From Candidatus Omnitrophota bacterium (GTDB lineage Bacteria > Omnitrophota > Gorgyraeia > Duberdicusellales > Duberdicusellaceae), in NCBI GenBank assembly GCA_016932855.1, contig JAFGCB010000016.1, forward strand, positions 554 to 64,553: 64,000 nt of DNA, read 5' to 3'. Of the stretch, positions 19,493 to 30,068 are shown piece by piece. Position 1 is the first letter of the stretch, and every line of letters begins with the position of its first letter. The notes below the pieces were generated by a model that worked only from the letters and a program-made list of their open reading frames with translations, was not told where the DNA came from and searched no databases. Position numbers and translations under genes: made by a program.

Positions 19493-20120
19493 GGCCTTGT
19501 GCCTCTTTTACTTGCGCTATAAATTTTCTTACTAAATCCCCGTCCTTTTTTCCCGGAAACCTCTCGACACCTCTGGCTACGTCTACCGCGTAAGGTCTTA
19601 ATTTCTTAACCAGGCTTCTTACATTGACAACAGACAATCCTCCGGAAAGAATTAAGAAATTAAGCTGTCCGGCTATTTTCTTAATAATCCTGAAATCCAA
19701 AGTGGCCTGCGGTTTTGCGCTCTTCTCCTCAAAAGGTATGTCTAGAAGCACACCGTCCAGGCGAAACTTTAGAATCCTTGAAACAATATCCGCGTCCTTA
19801 GGAAAAAAACTCTTAATTACTTTAAAATTTTTTCTGAACCTGGCACAATATGATGCTGATTCTGCGCCATGAAACTGCAGCGTATCAAGCCCTACAGAGT
19901 TAGCGATTCTAAACACAGAATCCTCGTTTTCGTTAACGAAGACCCCTACTTTACTTACAAAACAAGGCAGGCCCCTTACTATTTTTTCAGCCTCGCGCGG
20001 CAAGATATAACGAGGGCTTTTAGGATAAAATATAAAGCCAAGGGCACTGGCCCCTGCTTCAACGCACAGAGAGGCGTCTTCCTTGTCTTTAATCCCGCAT
20101 ATCTTGACCCTCGTATTCAT
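19485..20120 (-). CDS. trpF: Phosphoribosylanthranilate isomerase.
   Basis: [39 protein letters not shown]. Confidence 0.85.
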   Translation of the reverse strand: MNTRVKICGIKDKEDASLCVEAGASALGFIFYPKSPRYILPREAEKIVRGLPCFVSKVGVFVNENEDSVFRIANSVGLDTLQFHGAESASYCARFRKNFKVIKSFFPKDADIVSRILKFRLDGVLLDIPFEEKSAKPQATLDFRIIKKIAGQLNFLILSGGLSVVNVRSLVKKLRPYAVDVARGVERFPGKKDGDLVRKFIAQVKEAQGHG

Positions 20121-20164
20121 CTTAAGATTATCTCTTTACTATTTTAATGATAAATCCATTCTAA

Positions 20165-20375
20165 AATCCCAATTTCCAATACTACCAAACAAATCCCATC
20201 CTTCGATTACACTCAGGATGGCCCTGAGTATTCCCGAAGGGCCAACTTCCAAATCCCAAGATGTTTTGGATTCGGGATTTTGCCTGCCTGCCGGTAGGCA
20301 GGTATTTACTTGGGATTTGGTAATATTGGGTTTTGGGATTTAATTTGGGTTTTGTCATTTGAAATTTGGAATTCC
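20165..20375. repeat. Family B intergenic repeat copy B1 (AAATCCCAAA/TTTGGGATTT units; CCAATACTACCAAA ... TTTGGTAATATTGG inverted arms; central CCTGCCTGCCGGTAGGCAGG hairpin). It lies between trpF and trpC.
   Basis: Shared motifs with 36421-36606 and 52720-52800. Confidence 0.6.
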
Positions 20376-20384
20376 GACAATATA

Positions 20385-21170
20385 TCAATCTCTACAGCCT
20401 ACTTTAAATTCTTTAAGCTTCTCTTTGATATCCTCGGCTCTCATAAGAGCCTCGCCGATCAACACCGCATCCACACCGGCTCCTTTTAGAAGAAGAATTT
20501 CTTTGAGCGAGGATATGCCGCTTTCGCTTACAACAAGAGTATCCTCGGAAATAAGCGGGCTTAACTGCAAAGTCGTATCTAAGTCCACCTCAAAGGTATC
20601 TAAATTTCTATTATTTATTCCTATGATCTCAGGGGACAGCTTAAGCGCCTCTTTTAGCTCTTTCAAGCTGTGAACCTCGACAAGCACATCCATACCTAAT
20701 TCCCTGGCAAGGGTATAAAGTTTTTTAAGCTTCTCCGGCTTTAATATCTTAACTATAAGCAGAATAGCGTCCGCTCCCAAGGCCCGGGACTGGTATACCT
20801 GGGTCTCATCGATAATAAAATCCTTTCTCAAGACAGGAATATTGGACTTTTTCTTTATCTCCTTTAAAAACTTAAGTTTTCCTAAGAAAAATTCTTCCTC
20901 GGTTACTACCGACACGGCCTGAACCCCTACTTTCTTATAATCCTGCAAGATCTCAAGATGATTAAAATCCTGCCTTAGCACACCGGAAGAAGGAGAAGCT
21001 TGTTTAATCTCGGCAATAATTGAAATATTTCTGTCTTCTCTTAAAGCCTTGGAAAGCGATAAAATCTTAGGGGCCTGCTTAGTCAGAGAAATTATTTCTT
21101 TCTCGGATTTCCTGAGAATATTAATCTTTTTCTTCTTGGCCTCTATGATTAAAGAAAGTACTTTATGCAT
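20385..21170 (-). CDS. trpC: Indole-3-glycerol phosphate synthase.
   Basis: IIAEIKQASPSSG and VQAVSVVTEEEFF motifs. Confidence 0.9.
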   Translation of the reverse strand: MHKVLSLIIEAKKKKINILRKSEKEIISLTKQAPKILSLSKALREDRNISIIAEIKQASPSSGVLRQDFNHLEILQDYKKVGVQAVSVVTEEEFFLGKLKFLKEIKKKSNIPVLRKDFIIDETQVYQSRALGADAILLIVKILKPEKLKKLYTLARELGMDVLVEVHSLKELKEALKLSPEIIGINNRNLDTFEVDLDTTLQLSPLISEDTLVVSESGISSLKEILLLKGAGVDAVLIGEALMRAEDIKEKLKEFKVGCRD

Positions 21171-21226
21171 AACCTGCTTAAAGCTAGAGAGTTAAGACTG
21201 ATTTTTTATTATCCTGAACTTATAAA

Positions 21227-22249
21227 TCATTTGCGTGAATTTAGAAATTCTTTTAATTCTTGAAGTTTCTTAAGGGCTGCCCCGCTTTCAATCTGTTCTC
21301 TTGCAACTTCTACCCCCTGTTTAAAGTTTTTAGCCAACCCCGCCAAAACAAAACAGGCCGAAGCATTGGCCAACACCACATCAAGCCTTGCCGAGGGTTT
21401 AGCGCTAAGAACGCCAAGAACGGAATTTACGTTATCCTCTACCCTACCGCCTTTTATTTGAGAAAAACTCCTGCGGCTTAACCCGAAGTCGCGGGGACTT
21501 ACATAAAAAGTCCTGATCTTCTTATTTTTAACCTCGGTTATTTTGGTCTTTGCGCTAATGCTTATTTCATCATAGGTATCCTCGCCCCACACAACAAAAG
21601 CCCTCTTGGTCTTAAGATCCCTTAAAACTTTAGCTACTTTTTCCGTCAAATCTTTACTGTAAACTCCTAAAACCTGATGGGTTGCGCCTGCCGGATTAGT
21701 AAGGGGGCCTACTATGTTGAATATGGTTCTTATTCCTATCTCTTTACGCACCGCGGCTACGTTTCTCATGGCCGAATGGTATAAAGGAGCGTATAAAAAA
21801 CCTATGCCGACTTCTTTTACTGCCTCCTCAACCACTTTAGGCTCCAGACTCAAGTCAATGCCCAAGCCTTCAATTACATCAGCGCTGCCGCAGACTCCGG
21901 AAAAAGAGCGATTGCCGTGTTTAGCTACCTTTATGCCTTTTGAGGCTATGACAAAAGCCGTACAGGTCGATATATTAAAGGTTTTAACAGGCTTGCCCCC
22001 GGTACCGCAAGTATCTAAAACTATGGAGCCTTTCTCCGCTACATTTAACTTCAGAGACTTTTCTCGCATAATCTCAGCCAAGGCTCTCATCTCATCCGTA
22101 GTCTCTGTCTTAATCCGAAGACCTACGAGAAAGGCCGCTGCCTGGGCCGGGGTCGCCTTGCCTTCCATAATCTCCAGGAAAACCTGCTTTGCCTGAAGAT
22201 AAGAAAGCTTTTCTCCCTGGCATAATTTATTTATCGCTTCTCTAATCAT
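21227..22249 (-). CDS. trpD: Anthranilate phosphoribosyltransferase.
   Basis: VLDTCGTGGK...HGNRSFSGVCGSADV motifs. Confidence 0.9.
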   Translation of the reverse strand: MIREAINKLCQGEKLSYLQAKQVFLEIMEGKATPAQAAAFLVGLRIKTETTDEMRALAEIMREKSLKLNVAEKGSIVLDTCGTGGKPVKTFNISTCTAFVIASKGIKVAKHGNRSFSGVCGSADVIEGLGIDLSLEPKVVEEAVKEVGIGFLYAPLYHSAMRNVAAVRKEIGIRTIFNIVGPLTNPAGATHQVLGVYSKDLTEKVAKVLRDLKTKRAFVVWGEDTYDEISISAKTKITEVKNKKIRTFYVSPRDFGLSRRSFSQIKGGRVEDNVNSVLGVLSAKPSARLDVVLANASACFVLAGLAKNFKQGVEVAREQIESGAALKKLQELKEFLNSRK

Positions 22250-22815
22250 AGTTTTAAGAAATTCTTAAGAAGAGACTTACCGTCTCTAGTCAATATTGAT
22301 TCAGGATGAAACTGTATTCCAAAACACTTTGAATTCTTTACCTTTATCGCCATTATTTCTTTTTCTTTTGTTTCGGCACACACCTCTAATATCGAAGGCA
22401 GCTTCTTTCTGTCAATTATCAAAGAATGATACCTTGTAGCCACAAAAGGAGACTTAAGGCCCTTAAAGACATGCTTTTTATTATGATAAATAAGAGATGT
22501 CTTACCGTGCATTATCCTGGATGCCCTTACGATCTTGGCGCCCATTGCGAAACCGATGGCTTGATGCCCGAGACATACTCCCAAGAGAGGTATTTTATCA
22601 TAAAATTCCTTAATTAAGGAAACAGAAATCCCGGCACGCTCAGGCCTTCCCGGCCCGGGAGAAATTACTATCTTGCTGGGCCTAAATCTCCGAATCCCAG
22701 GTATAGTTATCTGGTCATTTCTTTTTACCGTGACCTCCGCGCCCAGCTCTGAGATATACTGGTAAAGATTATAAACAAAAGAATCGTAATTATCTATCAA
22801 CAAAACTTTCTTCAT
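22246..22815 (-). CDS. trpG: Anthranilate synthase component II (glutamine amidotransferase, TrpG/PabA type).
   Basis: MKKVLLIDNYDSFVYNL...LGVCLGHQAIG...FGIQFHPES catalytic triad context. The likely start is the ATG at 22813-22815. ATGA overlap with trpD. Confidence 0.85.
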   Translation of the reverse strand: MKKVLLIDNYDSFVYNLYQYISELGAEVTVKRNDQITIPGIRRFRPSKIVISPGPGRPERAGISVSLIKEFYDKIPLLGVCLGHQAIGFAMGAKIVRASRIMHGKTSLIYHNKKHVFKGLKSPFVATRYHSLIIDRKKLPSILEVCAETKEKEIMAIKVKNSKCFGIQFHPESILTRDGKSLLKNFLKL

Positions 22816-22933
22816 TTTTTTGTATATCCTTGGACTTTCGATCCTCGTTTTAAGACACAGCACCTGGCGCCATGCACTTAACACCTATACTCTTAAGAAC
22901 AAACATAGAGTATCAACAAATCAAATTTAAACT

Positions 22934-24196
22934 CTATTCTCTGCCCCGCCGCACCTGAGCACCTAGCTGTTCAAGTTTTGAGATGAAGTTTTCATAGCCT
23001 CTATCAAGATGATAAAGCCTGTGGATTATGGTCTTGCCGCTTGCGCAGAGGCCGGCCGCAACCAGACAAGCCGAAGCCCGAAGATCCGAAGCCATAACCT
23101 CGGCATGAGAAAATTTTCTTGAACCCTCTACTACCGCCACGGAGCCAAAACGGTTTATTTTAGCTCCCATTCTATTAAGCTCGGGGACATGCATGAATCT
23201 GTCAGGGTATACCTTCTCGGTAACCGTAGAAATCCCTTCAGCCTGCGAAAGTAAAACCATAAACTGGGCCTGCAAATCTGTAGGAAAACCGGGGAAAGCC
23301 AAAGTAGTAATATTTGCGGGATTAATCTTTCGATGCCGCTTTACGCATATACTGCCGTTCTTTATCTGGACATGCTGGCCCATATTTTTAAGGGCATCAA
23401 TAACCGCGCCCAAGAAAGAAACCGATATGTCTTCTATCACCAGCGAACCTCCGGTTGCTATAGCAAAAACAATAAAAGTCCCTGCTTCGATGCGGTCAGG
23501 GATTACTCTATGCTTAAAACCGCTCAGTTTCTTCTTGCCTCTTACAGTTATCTGGGGCGTGCCTTCGCCCTGGATATCAGCTCCCATTTTCTTTAAAACT
23601 TTGGCTAAATCTACGACCTCGGGCTCGCAAGCCGCGAAATCAATTATAGTCTCTCCGCTGGCAAGGGTCGAAGCCATCATAATATTGGCAGTGCCTAGAA
23701 CCGAGGGACCAAAAGGGCTTCCTAAAAACATCTCTTTGCCCAAAAGCCCCGAGGATGAAGCATAGCAGTATCCTCCGGAAATTCTAATATTAGCCCCTAA
23801 TTCTTCAAGCCCTTTCATATGCAGATCTACGGGCCTGATGCCGATGACGCAACCTCCCGGTAAAGAAACCTTGGCTCTCTTCCTTTTGGCAAGAAGAGGC
23901 CCTAAGACGCAGAAAGAAGCCCTCATTGTTCTTACCAGCTTGTAAGGAGCCACAAAGCTCTTATTGCTCCTTGTCTTTATGGTAAGAGAGTCTTCCTGGA
24001 AATATACTCTCTTACCTAAAACCTCTAGTATTTTGACCATAGTATGCACATCCAGAAGGCGGGGGACATTCTCAATATGACACTCTTCGTCAGTAAGCAG
24101 GCTTGCCGCCATTATAGGCAAAACCGCGTTCTTTGAACCGGAAAGCCTTACTTTCCCCTTTAATTTCTTACCGCCCCAAACCTCTAACTTATCCAT
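22934..24196 (-). CDS. murA: UDP-N-acetylglucosamine 1-carboxyvinyltransferase.
   Basis: N-terminus MDKLEVWGGKKLKGKVRLSGSKNAVLPIMAASLL..ENVP matches the MurA pattern (rather than AroA). Confidence 0.85.
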   Translation of the reverse strand: MDKLEVWGGKKLKGKVRLSGSKNAVLPIMAASLLTDEECHIENVPRLLDVHTMVKILEVLGKRVYFQEDSLTIKTRSNKSFVAPYKLVRTMRASFCVLGPLLAKRKRAKVSLPGGCVIGIRPVDLHMKGLEELGANIRISGGYCYASSSGLLGKEMFLGSPFGPSVLGTANIMMASTLASGETIIDFAACEPEVVDLAKVLKKMGADIQGEGTPQITVRGKKKLSGFKHRVIPDRIEAGTFIVFAIATGGSLVIEDISVSFLGAVIDALKNMGQHVQIKNGSICVKRHRKINPANITTLAFPGFPTDLQAQFMVLLSQAEGISTVTEKVYPDRFMHVPELNRMGAKINRFGSVAVVEGSRKFSHAEVMASDLRASACLVAAGLCASGKTIIHRLYHLDRGYENFISKLEQLGAQVRRGRE

Positions 24197-24198
24197 AA

Positions 24199-25038
24199 CT
24201 AAATAGATGCCGGTTCCCAGAGGCCAAAACCATTCTCTATCTGGTTCCTGGTTTCTTCCTCCAATACAATAACTCTATCTATCCCCGCATAATCTTTTAC
24301 AACTTTTACTAATTCAAAGCCGCAACTTTCCGCGTAGCCTACTGTATTCTGCCTTTGACCATATCCTATCTCAAGAAATAACAGACCTTTTGCTTTTAAA
24401 TAAACTCTCGCTGCCTTGATTATCTTCCTTATGGCATCCAATCCGTCTTTACCACCGTCTAAAGCAATCCTGGGCTCATAATCCATCCGGTGCTTGCGGA
24501 TATAATCAGACTCAACATAAGGAGGGTTAGAGACAATTATATCAAAAGATTTCTCTCTAAAACACGACAATAAATCGGCTTTTACAAGATAAACATTCCT
24601 GCACTTATGCTTTAAAATATTTCTCTTGGCAAGAGCCAGGGCCTTAGCGCAAATATCAACAGAGAAAAACTTAAAAAAGGGATTTTTTTCTGCCAGGGCA
24701 ACCGTAATATTTGCCGAGCCAGTGCCGATATCCAGAATAAACAGCTCTTTCCTGCCGCCTGAATATTGAAGAACAGCTTCAACCAAAATCTCCGTCTCCG
24801 GCCGGGGTATTAATACCGCCTCGTCAATCTCGAATTCTAAACCAAAAAAAACAGCTTTTTTTAAAAGATATTCCAAAGGCCTGCCTTTATCGTGTTCTCT
24901 AATAACCCGGCTTAATGACTCTTGCTCAGAGGCAGTCAGGTTCCTTTTTCCCGATATATAATCATAGAAATCAATATTAAAAAGCTTCTCAATCGCGAAT
25001 TTTAGATCCGAAGTGCTTATTTGAGGCTTAAGCTTCAT
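24199..25038 (-). CDS. prmC: Release factor glutamine N5-methyltransferase PrmC/HemK.
   Basis: IVSNPPY motif with class I MTase motif I (LDIGTGSANI). ATGA overlap with prfA. Confidence 0.85.
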   Translation of the reverse strand: MKLKPQISTSDLKFAIEKLFNIDFYDYISGKRNLTASEQESLSRVIREHDKGRPLEYLLKKAVFFGLEFEIDEAVLIPRPETEILVEAVLQYSGGRKELFILDIGTGSANITVALAEKNPFFKFFSVDICAKALALAKRNILKHKCRNVYLVKADLLSCFREKSFDIIVSNPPYVESDYIRKHRMDYEPRIALDGGKDGLDAIRKIIKAARVYLKAKGLLFLEIGYGQRQNTVGYAESCGFELVKVVKDYAGIDRVIVLEEETRNQIENGFGLWEPASI

Positions 25039-26093
25039 ACTCTCGACTTTCTCTCCTTCAAGATTAAAGGCTTTATTATCAAATCCAGGTTACCTTCCAT
25101 GGCTTCTTCCAGCCTGTATACGGTAATCGGCCCTCTATGATCAGTAACTCTTCTCTGGGGAAAATTATAAGTCCTTATCTTTTCGCTTCTATCGCCTGTT
25201 CCGATTTGCCGCCTTCTCTCGGAATCAATTCCTTGGGCCTGGGCCCGCTTCTGGTACTCAAGAATCCTGGCCTTTAGAATACGCATTGCCTTTTCTCTAT
25301 TCTTGATCTGGGAACGCTCATCCTGACAAGTAGCCACTATTCCCGAAGGTAAATGCGTAATCCTTACGGCTGAGTCAGTGACATTTACATGCTGGCCTCC
25401 CGCGCCCTTGGCCCTAAAAGTATCAATGGTCAAATCTTTAGGCTCAATCTGGACCTCGAGAGCACTTGGCTCCTTAAGCACGGCTACGGTCACCGTTGAA
25501 GTATGGATTCTTCCTCCTGATTCAGTAACCGGAATCCGCTGAACCCTGTGAACCCCGCTTTCAAACCGGAAATGAGCGTAAGCGCCCTTGCCCTTAACCG
25601 CAAAAATCACTTCTTTAAATCCTCCTATTTCCGTGGGCTGAGAATCCAAGACTTCCATATTCCAGCCCTTATTTACGACGTATTTTGAATACATCCGGAA
25701 AAGGTCAGCCGAAAAAAGCGAAGATTCCTGACCGCCGGCAGCAGGCCTTATTTCCACAATTACGGTCCTGTCGGGCTCCTGCTCTTCCTGATAAATCATC
25801 TCTTCTATATCTTCCTCGATATTGCCGACTTTTTCCTGAAGATTGCCGAGCTCCTGCTGGGCAAGCTCCAATATATCTTGACTTTCCTTCCCGTTATTAA
25901 GCATATTCTCTAAATCGCCTCTTTGCTTCAGAAGGCTCTTGTATTCTTTCGAGAGTTTTATCAATTCTTCCAAAAAGGAAAATCGCTTGGCAAGCTTCTG
26001 ATATTTATCCCTGTCAGAAATAATGTCCGGCGAAGCAAGCAACAAGGACAATTCCTCGTGTTCTTTTTCTATCTTTTCAAGATCTTCAAACAT
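25035..26093 (-). CDS. prfA: Peptide chain release factor 1.
   Basis: GGQHVN motif. PVT tripeptide at the PAT position. Adjacent prmC. Confidence 0.9.
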   Translation of the reverse strand: MFEDLEKIEKEHEELSLLLASPDIISDRDKYQKLAKRFSFLEELIKLSKEYKSLLKQRGDLENMLNNGKESQDILELAQQELGNLQEKVGNIEEDIEEMIYQEEQEPDRTVIVEIRPAAGGQESSLFSADLFRMYSKYVVNKGWNMEVLDSQPTEIGGFKEVIFAVKGKGAYAHFRFESGVHRVQRIPVTESGGRIHTSTVTVAVLKEPSALEVQIEPKDLTIDTFRAKGAGGQHVNVTDSAVRITHLPSGIVATCQDERSQIKNREKAMRILKARILEYQKRAQAQGIDSERRRQIGTGDRSEKIRTYNFPQRRVTDHRGPITVYRLEEAMEGNLDLIIKPLILKERKSRV

Positions 26094-26166
26094 AGCTAAG
26101 ACTCCAGACTAAAGACAAAAGACTTTAATCTAGATTTCTCCGGTCTTGGGTCTTGCGTCTTTAGTC

Positions 26167-26370
26167 TTATTTTGATTTCTGGTATTTCTTGATAAACTTA
26201 TCGACCCTTCCCTCGGAATCAACAAACTTCTGTTTACCGGTAAAGAAAGGGTGGCATTCCGAGCAAATCTCCACGTGTATATTGGGCTTTGTAGAACGGG
26301 TATGGATTACATTGCCGCAAGCGCAAATTATCGTGGACTCTACATATTTAGGGTGTAACTTCTTCTTCAT
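26167..26370 (-). CDS. rpmE: 50S ribosomal protein L31.
   Basis: MKKKLHPKY...C.CG......[25 protein letters not shown]. Confidence 0.85.
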   Translation of the reverse strand: MKKKLHPKYVESTIICACGNVIHTRSTKPNIHVEICSECHPFFTGKQKFVDSEGRVDKFIKKYQKSK

Positions 26371-26392
26371 CTTAGAACCTCCTTAAAACATC

Positions 26393-26532
26393 AAACCTAT
26401 TGTCAAAAATTTTAATAATATTTTAATAAATCAAAATTCAAAAGGAAAAAGTCAAAATTTCAATTCAAAAGTTAAAAGTTTTGGATTTTGAATTGCAATT
26501 TTGCATTTTGAATTTTTACTTTTAAGTTTTCA
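26393..26532. repeat. Family C AT-rich intergenic repeat copy C1 (CCTATTGTCAAAA ... TCAAAAGGAAAAAGTCAAAATTTCAATTCAAAAGTTAAAAG), with internal inverted aaaattcaaaa/ttttgaatttt.
   Basis: Near-identical blocks at 42411-42530. A related copy lies at 37020-37140. Confidence 0.55.
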
Positions 26533-27780
26533 TTATTGATTCATGGTCAAAAGAAACTCGGCGTTGCTTTTTGTCCGGGAAAGCCGTTCAATAAGAAGCT
26601 CTATTGCCTCTACCGAGTTTAAGTCGTTTAAGACCTTGCGCAGTATCCAAATCCTCTGAAGCTCATCGGGATGCAGTAAAAGCTCTTCCCTTCGGGTGTT
26701 GGAACGCTTAATATCCACCGAAGGATAGATTCTCCGCTGGAAGATATTTCTATCCAGGTTTATCTCCATATTTCCGGTTCCTTTAAATTCTTCGAATATC
26801 ACGTCATCCATCCGGGAGCCTGTATCCACCAGGGCTGTGGCGATAATAGTAAGTGAGCCTCCTTCTTCTATGGCTCTTGCCGCTCCGAAAAACCTCTTGG
26901 GTTTATGAAGGGCGTTGGAATCAATTCCGCCGGAAAGGATTCTTCCTGAATGGGGCTCAACAAGATTGTAGGCCCGGGCAAGCCTGGTAATACTGTCGAG
27001 AAGAATTACCACGTCTCGTTTGTGCTCAACCAGCCTTCTGGCCTTTTCAAGGACAATCTCGGCCACTTGGACATGCCTATCAGCCGGTTCATCAAAGGTA
27101 GAGCTTATCACCTCGCCTCTTACCATCCTCTTCATCTCAGTAACTTCCTCGGGCCGTTCGTCAATCAAAAGAACCATCAAAAGCACGTCGGGATTGTTAG
27201 TCACTATAGAATTGGATACTTTCTGCAAAAGCACGGTCTTTCCGCTATAGGGCGGTGCAACTATAAGGCCCCGCTGGCCCTTGCCTATGGGGACAAGTAA
27301 ATCTAATATTCTCGTAGAAACCTCTTCAGGCTTAGTCTCCAACAGAAATCTCTCCTTAGGATAAACCGGAGTCAAATTATCGAAAAGAACCCTGTTCTTA
27401 ACCTCTTCGGGGTCTTCGAAGTTAACCGCCTCGACTTTTAGAAGCGCGAAATACTTCTCGTTTTCTTTGGGAGGCCTGATCTGACCGCTTACCGTATCTC
27501 CGGTCTTAAGAGAAAATTTTCTAATCTGTGAGGGCGAAACATATATGTCGTCGGGAGAAGGAAGGTAATTGTAGTTCGGCGAACGCAAAAAACCGAACCC
27601 CTCAGACAATACCTCCAAAACACCGCTGCCAAACATAAGGCCCTCTTTCTCGGCCTGAGCCTGGAGAATTTTAAAAATCAAGTCCTGCTTCTTAAGGCCG
27701 CTTGCGCCGTTTATTGTTAAATCCTTGGCAATCTTGCTAAGCTCTGATATTTTGGTCTCTTTCAGCGTCCCGATATCCAT
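26533..27780 (-). CDS. rho: Transcription termination factor Rho.
   Basis: Rho N-terminal domain, RNA-binding and ATPase motifs ([15 protein letters not shown]). The likely start is the ATG at 27778-27780 (MDIGTLKE), preceded by GGAGG. Confidence 0.9.
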   Translation of the reverse strand: MDIGTLKETKISELSKIAKDLTINGASGLKKQDLIFKILQAQAEKEGLMFGSGVLEVLSEGFGFLRSPNYNYLPSPDDIYVSPSQIRKFSLKTGDTVSGQIRPPKENEKYFALLKVEAVNFEDPEEVKNRVLFDNLTPVYPKERFLLETKPEEVSTRILDLLVPIGKGQRGLIVAPPYSGKTVLLQKVSNSIVTNNPDVLLMVLLIDERPEEVTEMKRMVRGEVISSTFDEPADRHVQVAEIVLEKARRLVEHKRDVVILLDSITRLARAYNLVEPHSGRILSGGIDSNALHKPKRFFGAARAIEEGGSLTIIATALVDTGSRMDDVIFEEFKGTGNMEINLDRNIFQRRIYPSVDIKRSNTRREELLLHPDELQRIWILRKVLNDLNSVEAIELLIERLSRTKSNAEFLLTMNQ

Positions 27781-27932
27781 TGCTACCTCCTTTGGTCTGG
27801 CACTAGAGCGCTTAACCATAACGCTACCTCCGTTCGATAAGAGAACAGAAAACAGAATACAGACAACAGAAAAAGACTCTTCTTCTTTCCGGGCTCTGCA
27901 CTCTATGCTCTGCGCTCTCTAAAAGTTTGTAA

Positions 27933-28526
27933 TTAACTCCCAATAATTTTTTGATATAAAACATCCGCTTTCTTCTTTAATTCCTTTAAGGTCCCGGTGT
28001 TCTCAATAACAAAGTCAGCTCTTTTTATCTTCTTTTCTAAAGGCAACTGCTCTCTGATCAAGTTTATAACCTGCTTCTTAGTATATCCCGATTCTATTGC
28101 CCGCTTCAGCTGCAGCTTAAGAGGACAATTTACTAATGTTATTTTATCAAACAGCCTGTCAAGCTTAGCCTCAAAAAGCAAAGGAACTTCCACGATTAAA
28201 ACTTCGGCTTTTTTCTCATAAGATGCAATCCTTTTCTTAAGGTGTTTTATAATATAAGGATGGACAATCCTGCTAAGAGCCTTAAGATCGCTTCTGCCGG
28301 GATTGTTCAACAATCTTTGCTTAAGTTTTCTTCTGCTTACCCTGCCCTGTTGCAGTATATCTTTTCCGAATTTTTCTACCAGACTTCTCTTTAAAAAGCT
28401 GTCTTTTAAAAGAAGTTCATGATAAATCCTGTCAGCGCTCAAAAAGGCTGCCCCTTTTTTCTTAAAAAACTTAGCAAGCGTGCTTTTCCCGGTTGCAAAA
28501 CCTCCGGTCAAACCTATAAGAATCAT
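27933..28526 (-). CDS. coaE: Dephospho-CoA kinase.
   Basis: MILIGLTGGFATGKST P-loop with CoaE layout. Confidence 0.85.
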   Translation of the reverse strand: MILIGLTGGFATGKSTLAKFFKKKGAAFLSADRIYHELLLKDSFLKRSLVEKFGKDILQQGRVSRRKLKQRLLNNPGRSDLKALSRIVHPYIIKHLKKRIASYEKKAEVLIVEVPLLFEAKLDRLFDKITLVNCPLKLQLKRAIESGYTKKQVINLIREQLPLEKKIKRADFVIENTGTLKELKKKADVLYQKIIGS

Positions 28527-28568
28527 CCTCGTCTCTTATTTAAGGTCAAAACGACATAGATATAAAGA

Positions 28569-28632
28569 GTGCTAGGCGTTAGGTGCTAAGTTATTAATAT
28601 TTAGTTGGCACCATGCGCCTTGCCCTAAGCAC
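28569..28632. repeat. Family D palindromic repeat copy D1 (GTGCTAGG...GGTGCTAAGTTATTAATATTTA...CCTAAGCAC), overlapping the glgA stop codon.
   Basis: A 23-nt block (AGGTGCTAAGTTATTAATATTTA) is identical to 40978-41000. Confidence 0.6.
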
Positions 28633-30001
28633 TCTTGTAAAGCTGTACATAATCCTTGGCTGCTGTTTCCCAAGAGAAATTAAGACCGGCGACTCTCTTC
28701 TGAAGCGCTGTTAAAGAATCTTTATCCGAAAATAAGGAGCTTGCCCTTTCTACGGCATCTAGCAGGGCCTCCTGGGAATACTGCAAAAAAACAAAACCGT
28801 TACCTTTGGACTTATCCCGGGTGTAATCAACTACCGTATCTTTAAGCCCCCCGGTAGCGTGGACTAAAGGCAGAGTAGAATATTTAAAACTTATCATCTG
28901 CGACAAACCGCAAGGCTCAAACCTTGAAGGCAGAAGGAAAACATCGCTGCAGGCGTAAATCCTATGAGCCAGCGTTTCATCAAACTTAATATGCAAAGAA
29001 AAGCTCTGGGGATGCTTTTTAGCTAAAGAAGAAAGGATATCATGGTACTTTGGATCTCCGGTGCCCAAAATTACCACCTGGTGATTCTTTAATATTGAAG
29101 GCATGGCACCGGAAAGGATATCCACGCCTTTCTGCTCGGTAAGACGCGATACCATACCTAACAGCAAGGTATTTTTATCTTTCTTAAGCCCGAGCTCCTT
29201 TTGAAAAGAAACCTTATTCTGAGCTTTTTTATCTAAATTCTTTTTATCATACTGCAAATATATAGCCTTATCAGAATCCGGATTCCAAACATTGTAATCA
29301 ATAGCGTTTAAGATGCCCGAAACTTTGTGGCTGTGCTGTCTCAATATATGGTCAAGACCGCAGCCGGCTTCTTTCGCCTGAATCTCCTGGGCATAGCTGG
29401 GGCTTACCGTATTTACCCTGTCAGCTTTAATAATCCCGCTCTTAAGAAAATTAAGCTTTGAATAAATCTCCAAGTCCGGCATGTACCCTTTAGAAAGTCC
29501 CAGAAGATCAAATTGGTCTAAGCTAAACAGCCCCTGAAAAGCTAGGTTGTGAATAGTAAGAACGGTCCTAGCCTTTTTGAAAAATTTATCTTTTTTATAA
29601 AACTCCTCCAAATATAAGGGTAAAAGCGAAGACTGCCAATCGTTGCAATGTATGATATCGCAGGAAAAACCTATCTTCTTAAGCACCTCCAAAGACTTCC
29701 TGCAAAAAAAACTAAACCTCTGCAGATTGTCGGGATAATCACCTTGAGCGGTATTATAAAGCTGGTCTCTTAAGTAATAATTATCGTTTTTTATAAACAC
29801 CACCTCAATATTCTTTCCAACCTTTGACAGACCGAAATCTTCGCTTAAGCTTTCGGGCTTTATTCCTTTATAAAGAGGCATAAAAATCTTAACCTCAAGA
29901 CCCAGCTTTTCAAGGCCTAAAGGAAGCGCTCCGGCTACGTCAGCAAGGCCCCCGGTCTTAGCGAAAGGAAAAACCTCAGACGAAAGAAATGCAACTTTCA
30001 T
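28625..30001 (-). CDS. glgA: Glycogen/starch synthase (GT5, ADP-glucose type).
   Basis: KVAFLSSEVFPFAKTGGLADVAGALP N-terminal motif. The start at 29999-30001 (MKV) with GGAGG upstream is preferred. Confidence 0.8.
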   Translation of the reverse strand: MKVAFLSSEVFPFAKTGGLADVAGALPLGLEKLGLEVKIFMPLYKGIKPESLSEDFGLSKVGKNIEVVFIKNDNYYLRDQLYNTAQGDYPDNLQRFSFFCRKSLEVLKKIGFSCDIIHCNDWQSSLLPLYLEEFYKKDKFFKKARTVLTIHNLAFQGLFSLDQFDLLGLSKGYMPDLEIYSKLNFLKSGIIKADRVNTVSPSYAQEIQAKEAGCGLDHILRQHSHKVSGILNAIDYNVWNPDSDKAIYLQYDKKNLDKKAQNKVSFQKELGLKKDKNTLLLGMVSRLTEQKGVDILSGAMPSILKNHQVVILGTGDPKYHDILSSLAKKHPQSFSLHIKFDETLAHRIYACSDVFLLPSRFEPCGLSQMISFKYSTLPLVHATGGLKDTVVDYTRDKSKGNGFVFLQYSQEALLDAVERASSLFSDKDSLTALQKRVAGLNFSWETAAKDYVQLYKSA

Positions 30002-30068
30002 TTTTTTCTCCTCCATTTAAAAGTTTTAGGTGCTTAAGACCAAAACCTTTTCTTTAATCCTCAATTTT

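Noticed and set aside
26380-26410. TTGACA box upstream of rpmE and acsC as a sigma70 -35 element
   Set aside because: The best -10-like hexamers are only 12-13 nt downstream, and the box is followed almost immediately by the SD. The spacing is incompatible with a standard promoter, so it is reported only as a conserved motif.
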